Origin: Nitrospirae bacterium MYbin3
GTDB taxonomy: Bacteria; Nitrospirota; Thermodesulfovibrionia; Thermodesulfovibrionales; Dissulfurispiraceae
Direction: 5' to 3'
Length of the DNA stretch: 64,000 nt
Assembly: GCA_002753335.1 (NCBI GenBank)
Contig: PEAD01000002.1
Span: forward strand, 1 to 64,000
The translations under genes and the position numbers were made by a program. This document shows positions 18,068 to 27,679 of this stretch, piece after piece. Under the pieces are notes generated by a model. It was not told where the DNA came from, made no database searches, and was given only the letters and a program-made list of their open reading frames with translations. Position 1 is the first letter of the stretch; the number at the start of each line of letters is the position of its first letter.

Positions 18068-19312
18068 TTGCACTCTATCCATAAGAAACTTGCCGCACGT
18101 CTGATAATTGCGTGGTTTGTGTTATCTGTTGTTATAGGTGCGGCCGTTTATTTTATCGAACACGAGAAGATAGACGACTTTGTCGTAAACCTTGCTACTG
18201 ATGCGGCAAAAGAGTTTGTGACAGATGAGGTCAACTACATCAATAATCCTGCAGGTTATGCAACCCTTCACCAAAAGAGCATGGAGCATCTTGCGAAAGG
18301 CAATTTTGTTGTTGTCGAATTTTATGACAAAAATAAAAATCTTGCAATCGAAATCTCAAAGCCGGGCTACGAAGCTGTCGAAAAACATCTTAATACTTAT
18401 AAGCATACTTTTCTTATAGCCGATACAATACAATACGAAAAAGTTCATATCGGAAACGAAATGTATGTCCGTGTTATCACCCCACTTAAGGCAAACGGAT
18501 TGATTATGGGGTATTTTGAAGGGGCGTACAGGGTTGAACCTAGAATAATGTCGGACATCAACAGCCGGGTTGTTTTTTCTTTGGTTCAGGTAGTGGCTAC
18601 GGTATTCATCGCAACAATAGTTCTTTATCCTATAATTATCTCTCTGCATAAAAACCTGATTCGATATTCGACCGACCTGTACAATGCAAATATCGGGATG
18701 CTTGAAGTTCTCGGAAACGCTATAGCCAAAAGGGACAGCGACACAAATGCGCATAATTACAGGGTCACGCTCTATTCGATAAAGCTTGGCGAAGCGCTCA
18801 AACTTAACAGAGAAGGTATGCAGGAGTTGATAAAGGGGGCCTTTCTTCACGATGTGGGGAAAATAGGAATAAGCGACTCCATTCTGCTAAAGCCGGGAAA
18901 ACTTACCGAAGATGAATTTGAGATTATGAAAACGCATGTTCTGCATGGCATCGAAATAATAAAAAATTACGGTTGGTTGCAGGATGCGGCAAACGTTGTC
19001 AGTAATCATCATGAGAAATATTCAGGAACAGGATATATGCACGGATTGAAAGAAAACGAGATACCGATTACCGCCCGCATATTTGCTGTTACCGATGTTT
19101 TTGATGCGTTGACCTCTAAGCGTCCATACAAAGAGCCGTTTTCTTTTCGGGAATCAGTAGAAATATTGATTCAGGGCAAAGAAAATCATTTTGACCCCGC
19201 AATAATTGACGCGTTTAATAAAATAGCCGCGACCCTCTATAAAGAGTTCAGCAATGCTGATGAGTCGGCATTGAAAAAGATGCTGAGAGAGCTGATTCTT
19301 AAATATTTTTAA
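18068..19312 (+). CDS. Membrane-bound HD-GYP phosphodiesterase
   Basis: Two TM helices; HDVGKIG, HHEKYSGTGYM and DVFDALTSKRPYK motifs. Confidence 0.9.
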   Translation: MHSIHKKLAARLIIAWFVLSVVIGAAVYFIEHEKIDDFVVNLATDAAKEFVTDEVNYINNPAGYATLHQKSMEHLAKGNFVVVEFYDKNKNLAIEISKPGYEAVEKHLNTYKHTFLIADTIQYEKVHIGNEMYVRVITPLKANGLIMGYFEGAYRVEPRIMSDINSRVVFSLVQVVATVFIATIVLYPIIISLHKNLIRYSTDLYNANIGMLEVLGNAIAKRDSDTNAHNYRVTLYSIKLGEALKLNREGMQELIKGAFLHDVGKIGISDSILLKPGKLTEDEFEIMKTHVLHGIEIIKNYGWLQDAANVVSNHHEKYSGTGYMHGLKENEIPITARIFAVTDVFDALTSKRPYKEPFSFRESVEILIQGKENHFDPAIIDAFNKIAATLYKEFSNADESALKKMLRELILKYF

Positions 19313-19411
19313 GCAGCAGACTTTGCATTTATGCAAGGCCGGAACCCTCTATTAGCAGTTCTGCAAAATATCTGTTTAATTAATTCTATTAAAATTCAAT
19401 AATATTTTGTC

Positions 19412-19427
19412 TGGCATGAATCATGCA
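19412..19427 (+). promoter_or_regulatory. Sigma-54 (-24/-12) promoter
   Basis: TGGCATGAATCATGCA, i.e. GG-N10-GC, upstream of a GGAGG RBS. Confidence 0.75.
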
Positions 19428-19459
19428 AAATCTTTTCTGCGAAACAAAAGGAGGGCAGG

Positions 19460-19783
19460 ATGAAAATGGAAGCGGCTGCAAAAAAAGGATTTTATATAGG
19501 AGGCGGAGCAGGATTGGCTCTTTTTGCGGTAATCGGCTTGCTACCAGGTTCTTTTGTAGGAGGCATAATAGGCCTGAACATTGCGGCAAAGATCTTCGGT
19601 TTATCCCTAAATACCGAACTTATGCCAAGGATGATCGTGGCTTTTTTTATGGTTTTTGGAGTGATGATATCGGCTATAGTTTTTATGCTCGGTTCGGCCT
19701 TGCTAGGTCTTATTGCAGGCCAGCTTATTGATTTTCTTTCGCGGGGGAAAGAGGCCTTGAGGGTTCCGGTAAAAATGAAATGA
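19460..19783 (+). CDS. Small Gly-rich integral membrane protein (paralog A)
   Basis: GGAGG RBS; GLLPGSFVGG motif; hydrophobic helices. Confidence 0.8.
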   Translation: MKMEAAAKKGFYIGGGAGLALFAVIGLLPGSFVGGIIGLNIAAKIFGLSLNTELMPRMIVAFFMVFGVMISAIVFMLGSALLGLIAGQLIDFLSRGKEALRVPVKMK

Positions 19784-20133
19784 AGGTGCAAAGTAACAGC
19801 CCTATAAAATGGGGCATAAGAGCAGGAGCTATAATCGGGGGTCTTATCTTTCTGTCTTTTGGAATCTTGCCGGGATTTTCTTTTGGTGGATATGCGGCAA
19901 TAATGATTTTGAAAAAACTGTTTGGCGGACCTCTCGAACCAACTCTATTTACTCGGATGGTTGTTGCGTCAGGAATTGCCTCAGGTATTTTATCCGCTTT
20001 TGCCGCATGCATCAGCGCAGGCGCAATTTTAGGCGCTTCGGCTGGATGGTGCTTATATAGGACACAAATCGGTGTTTTAGCAGGCAAGGAATCGAACGAA
20101 GATAAAGGCATAAAAGAATTTGAGCCTGTATGA
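19780..20133 (+). CDS. Small Gly-rich integral membrane protein (paralog B)
   Basis: ATGA overlap with paralog A; GILPGFSFGG motif. Confidence 0.8.
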   Translation: MKVQSNSPIKWGIRAGAIIGGLIFLSFGILPGFSFGGYAAIMILKKLFGGPLEPTLFTRMVVASGIASGILSAFAACISAGAILGASAGWCLYRTQIGVLAGKESNEDKGIKEFEPV

Positions 20134-20255
20134 TGCATGTCATAAAAATATATCCCGAGAGTGTTGTACCATAAAATCATGTCCTGAAGGGTTCAGGAAG
20201 AATTTGTGGCTAACAGCCCTCCGTTTCTGAAACGGAGAAAACAGGAGGATATAGT

Positions 20256-20693
20256 ATGGAATGCCCATCGTGTGCACCTATCAAACCGGCAGCACCGGAA
20301 AATGCGTCAGACTACAGGCTGACTCACTGGCCGATTCAAATCAAACTTATGGGTACGGTTATCCCTTTTCTTGAAAACGCAGACCTTTTGGTTGCTGCCG
20401 ACTGCACCGCTTTCGCAGCGCTCAATTTTCAGGACCGTTTTTTAAAGAACAAGAAAGTGCTTATCGGCTGCCCCAAACTTGATGATGCAACTTCGTATGT
20501 CGAGAAGTTTACCGAGATATTCGGCAACGGAACTGTTCAAAAAGTAACCTGCCTCAGGATGGAAGTGCCGTGCTGCGGCGGCATGACGGCGGTTCTCAGA
20601 GAGGCTATTAAAAGGTCAGGCAAGAATATACCTTTTACAGAAATAGTTATCAGCATTAAAGGGGACCTTTTGAGCGAAAAACAGATTGCGTAG
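20256..20693 (+). CDS. Cys-containing Fe-S-associated protein (WPIQ...GCPKLD family)
   Basis: HWPIQIKL, AADC, IGCPKLDD and MEVPCCGG motifs; AGGAGG RBS. Confidence 0.75.
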   Translation: MECPSCAPIKPAAPENASDYRLTHWPIQIKLMGTVIPFLENADLLVAADCTAFAALNFQDRFLKNKKVLIGCPKLDDATSYVEKFTEIFGNGTVQKVTCLRMEVPCCGGMTAVLREAIKRSGKNIPFTEIVISIKGDLLSEKQIA

Positions 20694-20702
20694 AAATTCA
20701 TC

Positions 20703-20732
20703 GAATAGGCAGTCTGTTTAGCCTGCCTATTC
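20703..20732. terminator. Probable terminator hairpin
   Basis: GAATAGGCAG...CTGCCTATTC 10-bp stem just after the stop codon. Confidence 0.6.
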
Positions 20733-20791
20733 AATGTGTATAAGATAATGTTTGTTTGCGTATAATAAATTTTTATGTTATATTTATGACT

Positions 20792-21703
20792 ATGGGACTG
20801 GAAGATCATAAACTGAAAGTTTTCTGCACCGTTGCAGAAACAAAAAGTTTCTCTAAAACATCCGAGATTATTCATTTAACTCAGCCTGCAGTAAGCCTTC
20901 AGATACAGGCGCTCGAAGAACTCTACGAAACTAAGCTTTTTGATCGTTCAAGCTCAACAATAAATCTTACCGCTGCCGGCGAGATTCTTTACAAGTACTC
21001 TAAAGATATACTTGCTCTTTATACCGAACTCGGCAAGGAAATAGGCAAAATAACTGGCCTGATAAAAGGCAGTATAACTATCGGCGCAAGCACAACTATA
21101 GGCAACTATATTCTTCCTTCGCTGATTCTTGATTTCAAGAAAAATCATCCCAAGATAAAAATTAATGTCTTTATCAAAAACACACAAAAAATACTTGAAC
21201 TTATGAACTCCGGCATTATTGATATGGGGCTTGTCGAGGGCGAGATTTCGAGGCAGAAAATTAAGTCGGAGCCTTTTATTACTGACGAGCTTGCCCTTAT
21301 CGTACCGACCGCACATCCCTGGGCTAAGAAAAAACTGATTTCTGTTCTTGACCTTATAAAGGAACCATTTATTATAAGAGAAGAAGGTTCGGGCACGCGT
21401 CAGATGATCGAAAAATATCTTGCCGGACATGGAATCAGTCCTTCTGATATGAGCATCGCACTTGTATTCGGCAGCACCGAATCAATCAAAGAGGCTGTTG
21501 AAGGCGGCAGCGGGGTTTCTATTGTTTCTAGGTGGGCTGCAAAGAAGGAGGTTAAATACGGTACCTTAAAGCTTATTACTTTTAAAGAAGAAAAAATGAT
21601 GCGTCATTTTTCGATTATAATGCCTAAAAATACTGTGCTGCCGTATGTTGCTGAAGAATTTCTGTCATTTGTAAGGTCTTATCCCTACGCCGAACACTTA
21701 TAG
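20792..21703 (+). CDS. LysR family regulator (CysL-like)
   Basis: SFSK...LTQPAVSLQI HTH; GASTTIGNY and REEGSGTR motifs. Confidence 0.93.
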   Translation: MGLEDHKLKVFCTVAETKSFSKTSEIIHLTQPAVSLQIQALEELYETKLFDRSSSTINLTAAGEILYKYSKDILALYTELGKEIGKITGLIKGSITIGASTTIGNYILPSLILDFKKNHPKIKINVFIKNTQKILELMNSGIIDMGLVEGEISRQKIKSEPFITDELALIVPTAHPWAKKKLISVLDLIKEPFIIREEGSGTRQMIEKYLAGHGISPSDMSIALVFGSTESIKEAVEGGSGVSIVSRWAAKKEVKYGTLKLITFKEEKMMRHFSIIMPKNTVLPYVAEEFLSFVRSYPYAEHL

Positions 21704-23283
21704 CAGTCATCAATAGACATCCATCCAAAGACGGAATCTTTTTTTTCGGCATCTTCAACTGCTTCCAAAGCAATCTCCCCAGATTGCACCATTTTAAAAA
21801 GCTTATTGAAGGTTTGAATATGTCTATCCAGTCTCGCTTTGGCATATTCCTCTGCACGCTGATTTTCGATCAGAAAAAGCCAATCACTAGACTGGGCAAG
21901 CAGCATCTCCCGCAAAGCCTGATTTATTAATCTTTTGCAGAGTAGAGCTTTTTTGCTGTTTTTCGATCCAATCGCTGCGTTCATTTCCGCAAGTATCCGC
22001 ATTTTACCTGACATGGCATGCAGTTCTTTATGATATTTTTTGTTTCTGGTGCTTATCCAAAACTCATTATGCCCGCTAAACCCCCAGCTTGAGGGGGCAG
22101 GTTCAATCACATCTAAAACTTGGTCTGTTGCTTTTTTAAGATATGACCGTGGGGTATTAAATATTAACTTTTTTGATGAACCGGCTTTTAAAACGTATTC
22201 TAGCCACTCAATGCCCTCAAACCACCAATGTCCGAAGAGCTCTGCATCGAACGCCGAAAGTATAACCGGCTTGCATTCATGGACAATTTTGCGAAAGTCA
22301 TTCTCTCTGCTTTTGACAAAATGGGCGGCATGTTCTTTTGCTTTTTTGATCGCAAGCCTTCTTTCATAAATTGCTTTGTCTTGGGTCTTGCCTGTTATGC
22401 GGTGGTATTTCAATCCGGTGAATGTTTGGATATTTATTTGCGTATGTTTTGCTATGTAGTCGTTTGTCAGGTCGAAGCCAATGTCTCTGTAGAAATCACG
22501 ATAAGCATAATCTCCCGGATATCCTGTTTCGGCGCACCACACCTGCTTTGCGGAGTTGGAATCTCTGCCGAATGCGACAAGCCCTGAAGTCAGAACAGCA
22601 GGCATAGAAACCCCAAACCTAGGTTTGGGGGTGCCTTTAGTCAGACCGTGAGATTCCAGGAAAAAGTAGCGGATACCCTCTTTTTTCAGCAATGCATCAA
22701 GCCCTCTGTAATAGCCGCATTCAGGAAGCCAGAACCCGGAGGGCGCTCTGCCGAAATTTTTTTTGTAACTCAGTATTCCGGCAGTTATCTGCACCTGTGC
22801 CAAATCAGGATAGTGTTCGAACGCGGGCAGAAATGCATGGGTTGCAGATGTTGCGATAATTTCCACAACACCTTCCGACTGAAGCCTTCGCAGCCTCTTT
22901 ATTATATCTTGGCCGTAAGAGGCTGTATAAAGCTCGAGTATTTTTTTAAGTTTTCTGTTATAAAATATTGCAACTTCCTCAAGAGGCGTGTTGCGAAGCC
23001 TTTTCATTTCTGAGCAGGATAGATTTATCAGGTTTTCGGTTGAACGGACAAATCTCGCCCTTAGCATAGGGTCGTTTAGCATTTCGCAAAGAGTCGGGCT
23101 TACCGTCATGGCAATGCGGGGACGCAGGCCTTTAGCAGCAAGCCTTTCGAGCATTTCTATCAGAGGGACATATGTTTCTCTGATAGCTTCAAAAAGCCAG
23201 TTTTCCTCAAGAGAATATTCGTGCTCCGGATGTTTTACAAAAGGTAGATGCGCGTGGAGAAGCAGTATCAGGGAGCCATTCAT
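21685..23283 (-). CDS. GH57 1,4-alpha-glucan branching enzyme
   Basis: LHAHLPFV, FWLPECGY, DAELFGHWWFEG and QSSDW motifs. Confidence 0.92.
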   Translation of the reverse strand: MNGSLILLLHAHLPFVKHPEHEYSLEENWLFEAIRETYVPLIEMLERLAAKGLRPRIAMTVSPTLCEMLNDPMLRARFVRSTENLINLSCSEMKRLRNTPLEEVAIFYNRKLKKILELYTASYGQDIIKRLRRLQSEGVVEIIATSATHAFLPAFEHYPDLAQVQITAGILSYKKNFGRAPSGFWLPECGYYRGLDALLKKEGIRYFFLESHGLTKGTPKPRFGVSMPAVLTSGLVAFGRDSNSAKQVWCAETGYPGDYAYRDFYRDIGFDLTNDYIAKHTQINIQTFTGLKYHRITGKTQDKAIYERRLAIKKAKEHAAHFVKSRENDFRKIVHECKPVILSAFDAELFGHWWFEGIEWLEYVLKAGSSKKLIFNTPRSYLKKATDQVLDVIEPAPSSWGFSGHNEFWISTRNKKYHKELHAMSGKMRILAEMNAAIGSKNSKKALLCKRLINQALREMLLAQSSDWLFLIENQRAEEYAKARLDRHIQTFNKLFKMVQSGEIALEAVEDAEKKDSVFGWMSIDDCYKCSA

Positions 23284-23337
23284 TCTATGCAGCCAATAAT
23301 GAAGGCTAGCGAAATCTTGTAGGGGGAAACAAAAAAA

Positions 23338-23640
23338 TTACGCGTTGCAAGAAGTTGAGCAATGAACCCCGATCATATAAAAGTCGGTTTCGATACTTTT
23401 TACCCAACGAACCATAGCTGTTTTGCATGGAGCAGGAAGCTCGCTGTTTATGCTGATTATATCGCCTTCCTTAATAGGGTTAAAGACATAAAGGCACATT
23501 CCAGAACTGCTTATGTTTACAGAAATGCCCTTTAAACAATCGCCTGCTTCGCAATATTTCATGCTAAAATCTATTTTTTTTGCAAAAGGGAATCTTTCTT
23601 CGCGTCTCAAATTAGAGTTGTCAGAAATAATCTTGGGCAT
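23338..23640 (-). CDS. Stand-alone PilZ domain protein
   Basis: RREER and NISSSG motifs. Confidence 0.85.
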   Translation of the reverse strand: MPKIISDNSNLRREERFPFAKKIDFSMKYCEAGDCLKGISVNISSSGMCLYVFNPIKEGDIISINSELPAPCKTAMVRWVKSIETDFYMIGVHCSTSCNA

Positions 23641-23858
23641 TTTTTTTCTCTCCCTGTCGAGAAATTTTTATTTACAATAAATTAACATAAATTTTACACC
23701 AAATTTTCACATTCCTGTCAAGTGCTCGAATTGCGAAAACTGAAAAGCTTGTCGGTGTTAGCGTAACAGGCATATTGGCCGCATCATTATGACTAATGTT
23801 AATATAACAACTAATATTTTACTGCGGTCTAATAGGCGCAATATTTCAGGAGGCTTAA

Positions 23859-24920
23859 ATGGTTAAAACAATAGAGTGGAAAGACGGCAAGGTGTTGATG
23901 CTAGACCAGAGCAGGCTTCCGCTTGAGGTAAATTACGTTGAGTGCAGTGACTACCTGAAAGTTGCCGAAGGCATCAAAAAGCTTTGGATTCGCGGTGCGC
24001 CCGCAATAGGCATAGCCGCTGCAATGGGTATTGCTCTCGGAGCTCAGGATATAACGGCATCAAATTACAAAAATTTCAAAACAGGTCTTCAGAAGGTTAT
24101 GGATGATATGCTCGCCACCCGTCCGACTGCGGTCAATATCAAGTGGGCGGTAGAGAGAGTAACAAAACTTTTGTCTGACAATAAAGACAGAACAGTTGAT
24201 GAACTTAAAGCTATGCTTATCGCCGAAGGAATAAAGGTTCTGGAAGAAGACATAGAAATTAACAAGGCTATTGGCAGGTGGGGCGGACAGTTTATCAAGG
24301 ACGGCGATACTATACTCACCCACTGCAATGCAGGAAGCCTTGCCACAGGCGGGTACGGGACGGCCACAGCGCCTATGCTGGTTGCTATTGAACAGGGCAA
24401 GCGGATACAGGTTATTGCTGATGAGACTAGGCCGGTGCTGCAGGGCGCGCGCCTTACCTCATGGGAGCTTATGCAGGCCGGTGTTCCGGTAACGCTTATA
24501 ACAGACAATATGGCCGGGGCGATTATGAAAAAAGGCAAGATAGACTTGGCGATAGTGGGCACCGACAGGACTACCCGTAACGGAGACGTTGCCAACAAAA
24601 TTGGAACCTATACCGTAGCAATTCTTTGCAAGGAGCACAAAATTCCTTTTTATGTGGCAGCCCCATTAAGCAGCATAGATTTTAAAATGAGCTCGGGGGA
24701 TAAGATACCGATAGAGGAGAGGGCTCCGGAAGAGGTTACAACTATCTGGGGCCACAGGGTTGCGCCTGAAGGTGTTAATGTAATAAACTTAGCCTTCGAT
24801 GTTACACCGGCAAAATATGTGTCGGCGCTCTTTACCGAAAAGGGCGCTTACAGGCCGCGCGATATTAAAAGTCTTGCAAAAAAGGATATGGACCTCGAAT
24901 CTATCAGGCTGAAACCTTAA
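23859..24920 (+). CDS. mtnA: Methylthioribose-1-phosphate isomerase
   Basis: RGAPAIG, THCNAGSLAT, ETRPVLQGARLT and NKIGTY motifs. Confidence 0.95.
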   Translation: MVKTIEWKDGKVLMLDQSRLPLEVNYVECSDYLKVAEGIKKLWIRGAPAIGIAAAMGIALGAQDITASNYKNFKTGLQKVMDDMLATRPTAVNIKWAVERVTKLLSDNKDRTVDELKAMLIAEGIKVLEEDIEINKAIGRWGGQFIKDGDTILTHCNAGSLATGGYGTATAPMLVAIEQGKRIQVIADETRPVLQGARLTSWELMQAGVPVTLITDNMAGAIMKKGKIDLAIVGTDRTTRNGDVANKIGTYTVAILCKEHKIPFYVAAPLSSIDFKMSSGDKIPIEERAPEEVTTIWGHRVAPEGVNVINLAFDVTPAKYVSALFTEKGAYRPRDIKSLAKKDMDLESIRLKP

Positions 24921-25894
24921 TGAACTGCGAAGATATTTTTAAAACCTATGCCGTAGAACTCAAAAAGACAGAGGAGAGGCTTGCCGAGATTTTCAAGAGC
25001 AATGTTTTTCTGCTGCCTATGATCGGCCGCCATATCGCGGGCAGCGGAGGCAAAAGACTAAGGCCTTTATTTCTTCTTCTGAGCGCAGGCATCTGTGGCT
25101 ATAAAGGCGACAAGAAAAATCTTCTCGCCGCAATAATCGAAGCTATACACACCGCCTCTTTACTTCACGATGACGTGATTGACGGAGCCGACACGCGAAG
25201 AGGCAAGCCTGCTGCCAACGCGTTGTGGGGGAATCAGGTTGTGATACTTGTTGGAGATTTTCTTTATTCTAATGCTCTTAAGCTGGCTGTTCTCCAGAAA
25301 AACCAGAAGATAATGGAAGCGCTCTCAGAAGCCACTACAAAAATGACCGAAGGGGAAATTCTGCAGCTAAGCAAAATAGGAGACCCTGATATAACAACGG
25401 ATGAATATTACGAGATTATTTCGGCCAAAACCGGCGTGCTGATTTCGGCCGCTTGCAAAATCGGCGCGATACTCGGTGGGGCCAACTCCAAAAAAGAAGC
25501 TGCCCTTGCTGCATACGGCATGAAAATAGGCATAGCGTTTCAGCTTGCTGACGACATACTCGATTATGTGGCTCAGCAGAAAAATTTAGGCAAGAAGTTG
25601 GGGAAAGACCTTGAGGAAGGCAAAATAACCATGCCGATGATTCGGTTGCTTAAAAATGCCTCCAAGTCGGAGGTGCAGGAGATAAAGAGCATAATAAAGG
25701 AGCAAAAGAAAGGCGCTAAAAAGCTACAAAGAATTATAGAGCTTTTTGAAAAATACAACGCAATCGGCGAATCTCTTTGTATTGCACAGGCGCTTGTTGA
25801 TGAAGCGAAAAAAGAGCTTCGTGCTTTTCCATCGTCCAAACAAAAAAGAGACCTTCTTTTGATGGCCGATTATGCAATGCAGAGACAGCATTAA
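24920..25894 (+). CDS. Polyprenyl diphosphate synthase (IspB-like)
   Basis: GGKRLRP, HDDVID..RRG and FQLADDILD motifs. Confidence 0.93.
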   Translation: MNCEDIFKTYAVELKKTEERLAEIFKSNVFLLPMIGRHIAGSGGKRLRPLFLLLSAGICGYKGDKKNLLAAIIEAIHTASLLHDDVIDGADTRRGKPAANALWGNQVVILVGDFLYSNALKLAVLQKNQKIMEALSEATTKMTEGEILQLSKIGDPDITTDEYYEIISAKTGVLISAACKIGAILGGANSKKEAALAAYGMKIGIAFQLADDILDYVAQQKNLGKKLGKDLEEGKITMPMIRLLKNASKSEVQEIKSIIKEQKKGAKKLQRIIELFEKYNAIGESLCIAQALVDEAKKELRAFPSSKQKRDLLLMADYAMQRQH

Positions 25895-25895
25895 G

Positions 25896-26405
25896 ATGAA
25901 TCCTCTCGTTGTTCTTGCAAAAACAGCGATCGCCGAATTCGTAAAGCATAAGAAAAAACTTTCTGCACCACAAGACCTGCCCGAAGATATGAAGCAACAG
26001 GCGGGCGTTTTTGTATCTCTGAAAAAAGAAGGGCAGCTGCGCGGCTGTATCGGGACTTTTTTGCCGACAGCAAAAAATATTCATCAAGAGATCGTTAAAA
26101 ATGCTATTGCCGCAGCTACTGAAGATCCCCGGTTTGAGCCTGTACGGGCGGATGAGTTGGATGCTTTGACCTACTCGGTGGATGTGCTTTCTTCTCCAGA
26201 AAAAGTAAGCGGTATCGAAGATCTCGATACTAAGAAGTACGGAATAATAGTATCAAAAGGCTATCAGAGGGGGCTGCTGTTGCCTGATCTTGAAGGCGTT
26301 GACACAGTGGAGGACCAGATCAGAATTACCAAGATGAAGGCAGGAATTAATCCCTACGACAATGACGTAGATATCTATCGTTTTACCGTAACAAGATACA
26401 AATAG
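25896..26405 (+). CDS. amrA: AmmeMemoRadiSam system protein A (AMMECR1)
   Basis: GVFVSL..LRGCIGT, EDPRF and GLLLPDLEG motifs. Confidence 0.9.
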   Translation: MNPLVVLAKTAIAEFVKHKKKLSAPQDLPEDMKQQAGVFVSLKKEGQLRGCIGTFLPTAKNIHQEIVKNAIAAATEDPRFEPVRADELDALTYSVDVLSSPEKVSGIEDLDTKKYGIIVSKGYQRGLLLPDLEGVDTVEDQIRITKMKAGINPYDNDVDIYRFTVTRYK

Positions 26406-27002
26406 CTATCCCTTTCCATCCGACAGTTCAAGGCTGTTAAAAAGAATATATTTTTTGATGATATTCCTGGCCGCGTTTGTGGTGTTCACGAATGAAAGAG
26501 CGCAGCGGGTTGGCGTGACTCTGACAAAGATGGCATCGGCGGTTATTGTTCCTGCTCCAGGGAGTTCTACGTTTACTTCGGAAGCCTTATTACCTTCAAC
26601 TATACCTTTTGTATCGGTTTCCAAGAGCAGACCGCCTTCAGATATGTCGATCACTTTAGCAAATCTTTTCTTCTTAAGCTCAAACACCCATAAATATGTG
26701 ACAACCGAAAAAAATACCCGTATCTTGCCGCCCTTGCCGACGGCATATCTCTCAAATTTCCTTTTGTTGTTTGCCAAGCTTAAGCGATATTGCCGCACCT
26801 CTTCGTCATAAGCTGTCTTCTTCAGTTTTTGCTGCATGATTAGCAGATAAATCCACAACAATATGAAAAAATAATTAAGCCACGAAAGCTTTGCTGCGAG
26901 CGGAGAAAAGCTTATAACCAGTATGGCAACGATGATAGCGATGAGTATGAAAATAATTCTGTTTTCATTGCGTTTGATATTGTATGTATTAATTTTCAGC
27001 AT
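26406..27002 (-). CDS. Membrane-anchored PilZ domain protein
   Basis: Two TM helices; RKFER and DISEGG motifs. Confidence 0.8.
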   Translation of the reverse strand: MLKINTYNIKRNENRIIFILIAIIVAILVISFSPLAAKLSWLNYFFILLWIYLLIMQQKLKKTAYDEEVRQYRLSLANNKRKFERYAVGKGGKIRVFFSVVTYLWVFELKKKRFAKVIDISEGGLLLETDTKGIVEGNKASEVNVELPGAGTITADAIFVRVTPTRCALSFVNTTNAARNIIKKYILFNSLELSDGKG

Positions 27003-27071
27003 AAGATCTATCTAACCCCTTCCCCCTTAAAGCCTTTGCGATAGTTTAAGCAGAGAGCTTCATCATGTCAA

Positions 27072-27554
27072 TCATTTTTTCTTTTTTCTCTTGAACTCGC
27101 CGCTCTTTCCGCCTCTTTTTTCGAGCAGCATAATGTCCGAGATTATCATTTCTTTATCGACAGCTTTGCACATATCGTAGATGGTAAGCGCAGCCACTGA
27201 TGCAGCGGTGAGCGCTTCCATTTCAACGCCTGTTTTGTCCATTATTTTGACCCGTGACAATATGCGGATTGCACTTTCCTTTTCGTCAAACTCAAAATCA
27301 AGCGCGATGTGAGAAATATTAAGCGGATGGCACATAGGTATGAGGGCCGCCGTTTTCTTTGCGGCCATGATGCCCGCAACCCTTGCAACCGCAAGCACAT
27401 CACCCTTTTTGAGTTTGTTGTCTTTTATGAGTTTCAGAGTATCCGGCTTCATAACAACCGCAGCTGATGCCATAGCTTCGCGTGCTGTTACGGACTTGCC
27501 GGATACATCAACCATCTTTGCTTTGCCCTGTTCATCAATGTGTGAAAGCTTCAT
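27072..27554 (-). CDS. moaC: Cyclic pyranopterin monophosphate synthase
   Basis: [15 protein letters not shown] and TGVEMEAL motifs. Confidence 0.96.
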   Translation of the reverse strand: MKLSHIDEQGKAKMVDVSGKSVTAREAMASAAVVMKPDTLKLIKDNKLKKGDVLAVARVAGIMAAKKTAALIPMCHPLNISHIALDFEFDEKESAIRILSRVKIMDKTGVEMEALTAASVAALTIYDMCKAVDKEMIISDIMLLEKRGGKSGEFKRKKKK

Positions 27555-27679
27555 CGGAAATACCTCCCCTGCTTGGTTGTTAATTCTACATCCCGGCCGA
27601 ACCAGAAAACAATCACCGGTGTTTTTTGCTGTGATTTGAATTTACACGACAAACTAACAACGAGTATAATTTCTCATAT

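Noticed and set aside
23700..23858. Possible SAM riboswitch upstream of mtnA
   Set aside because: No SAM-I core motifs or convincing terminator recognisable by eye
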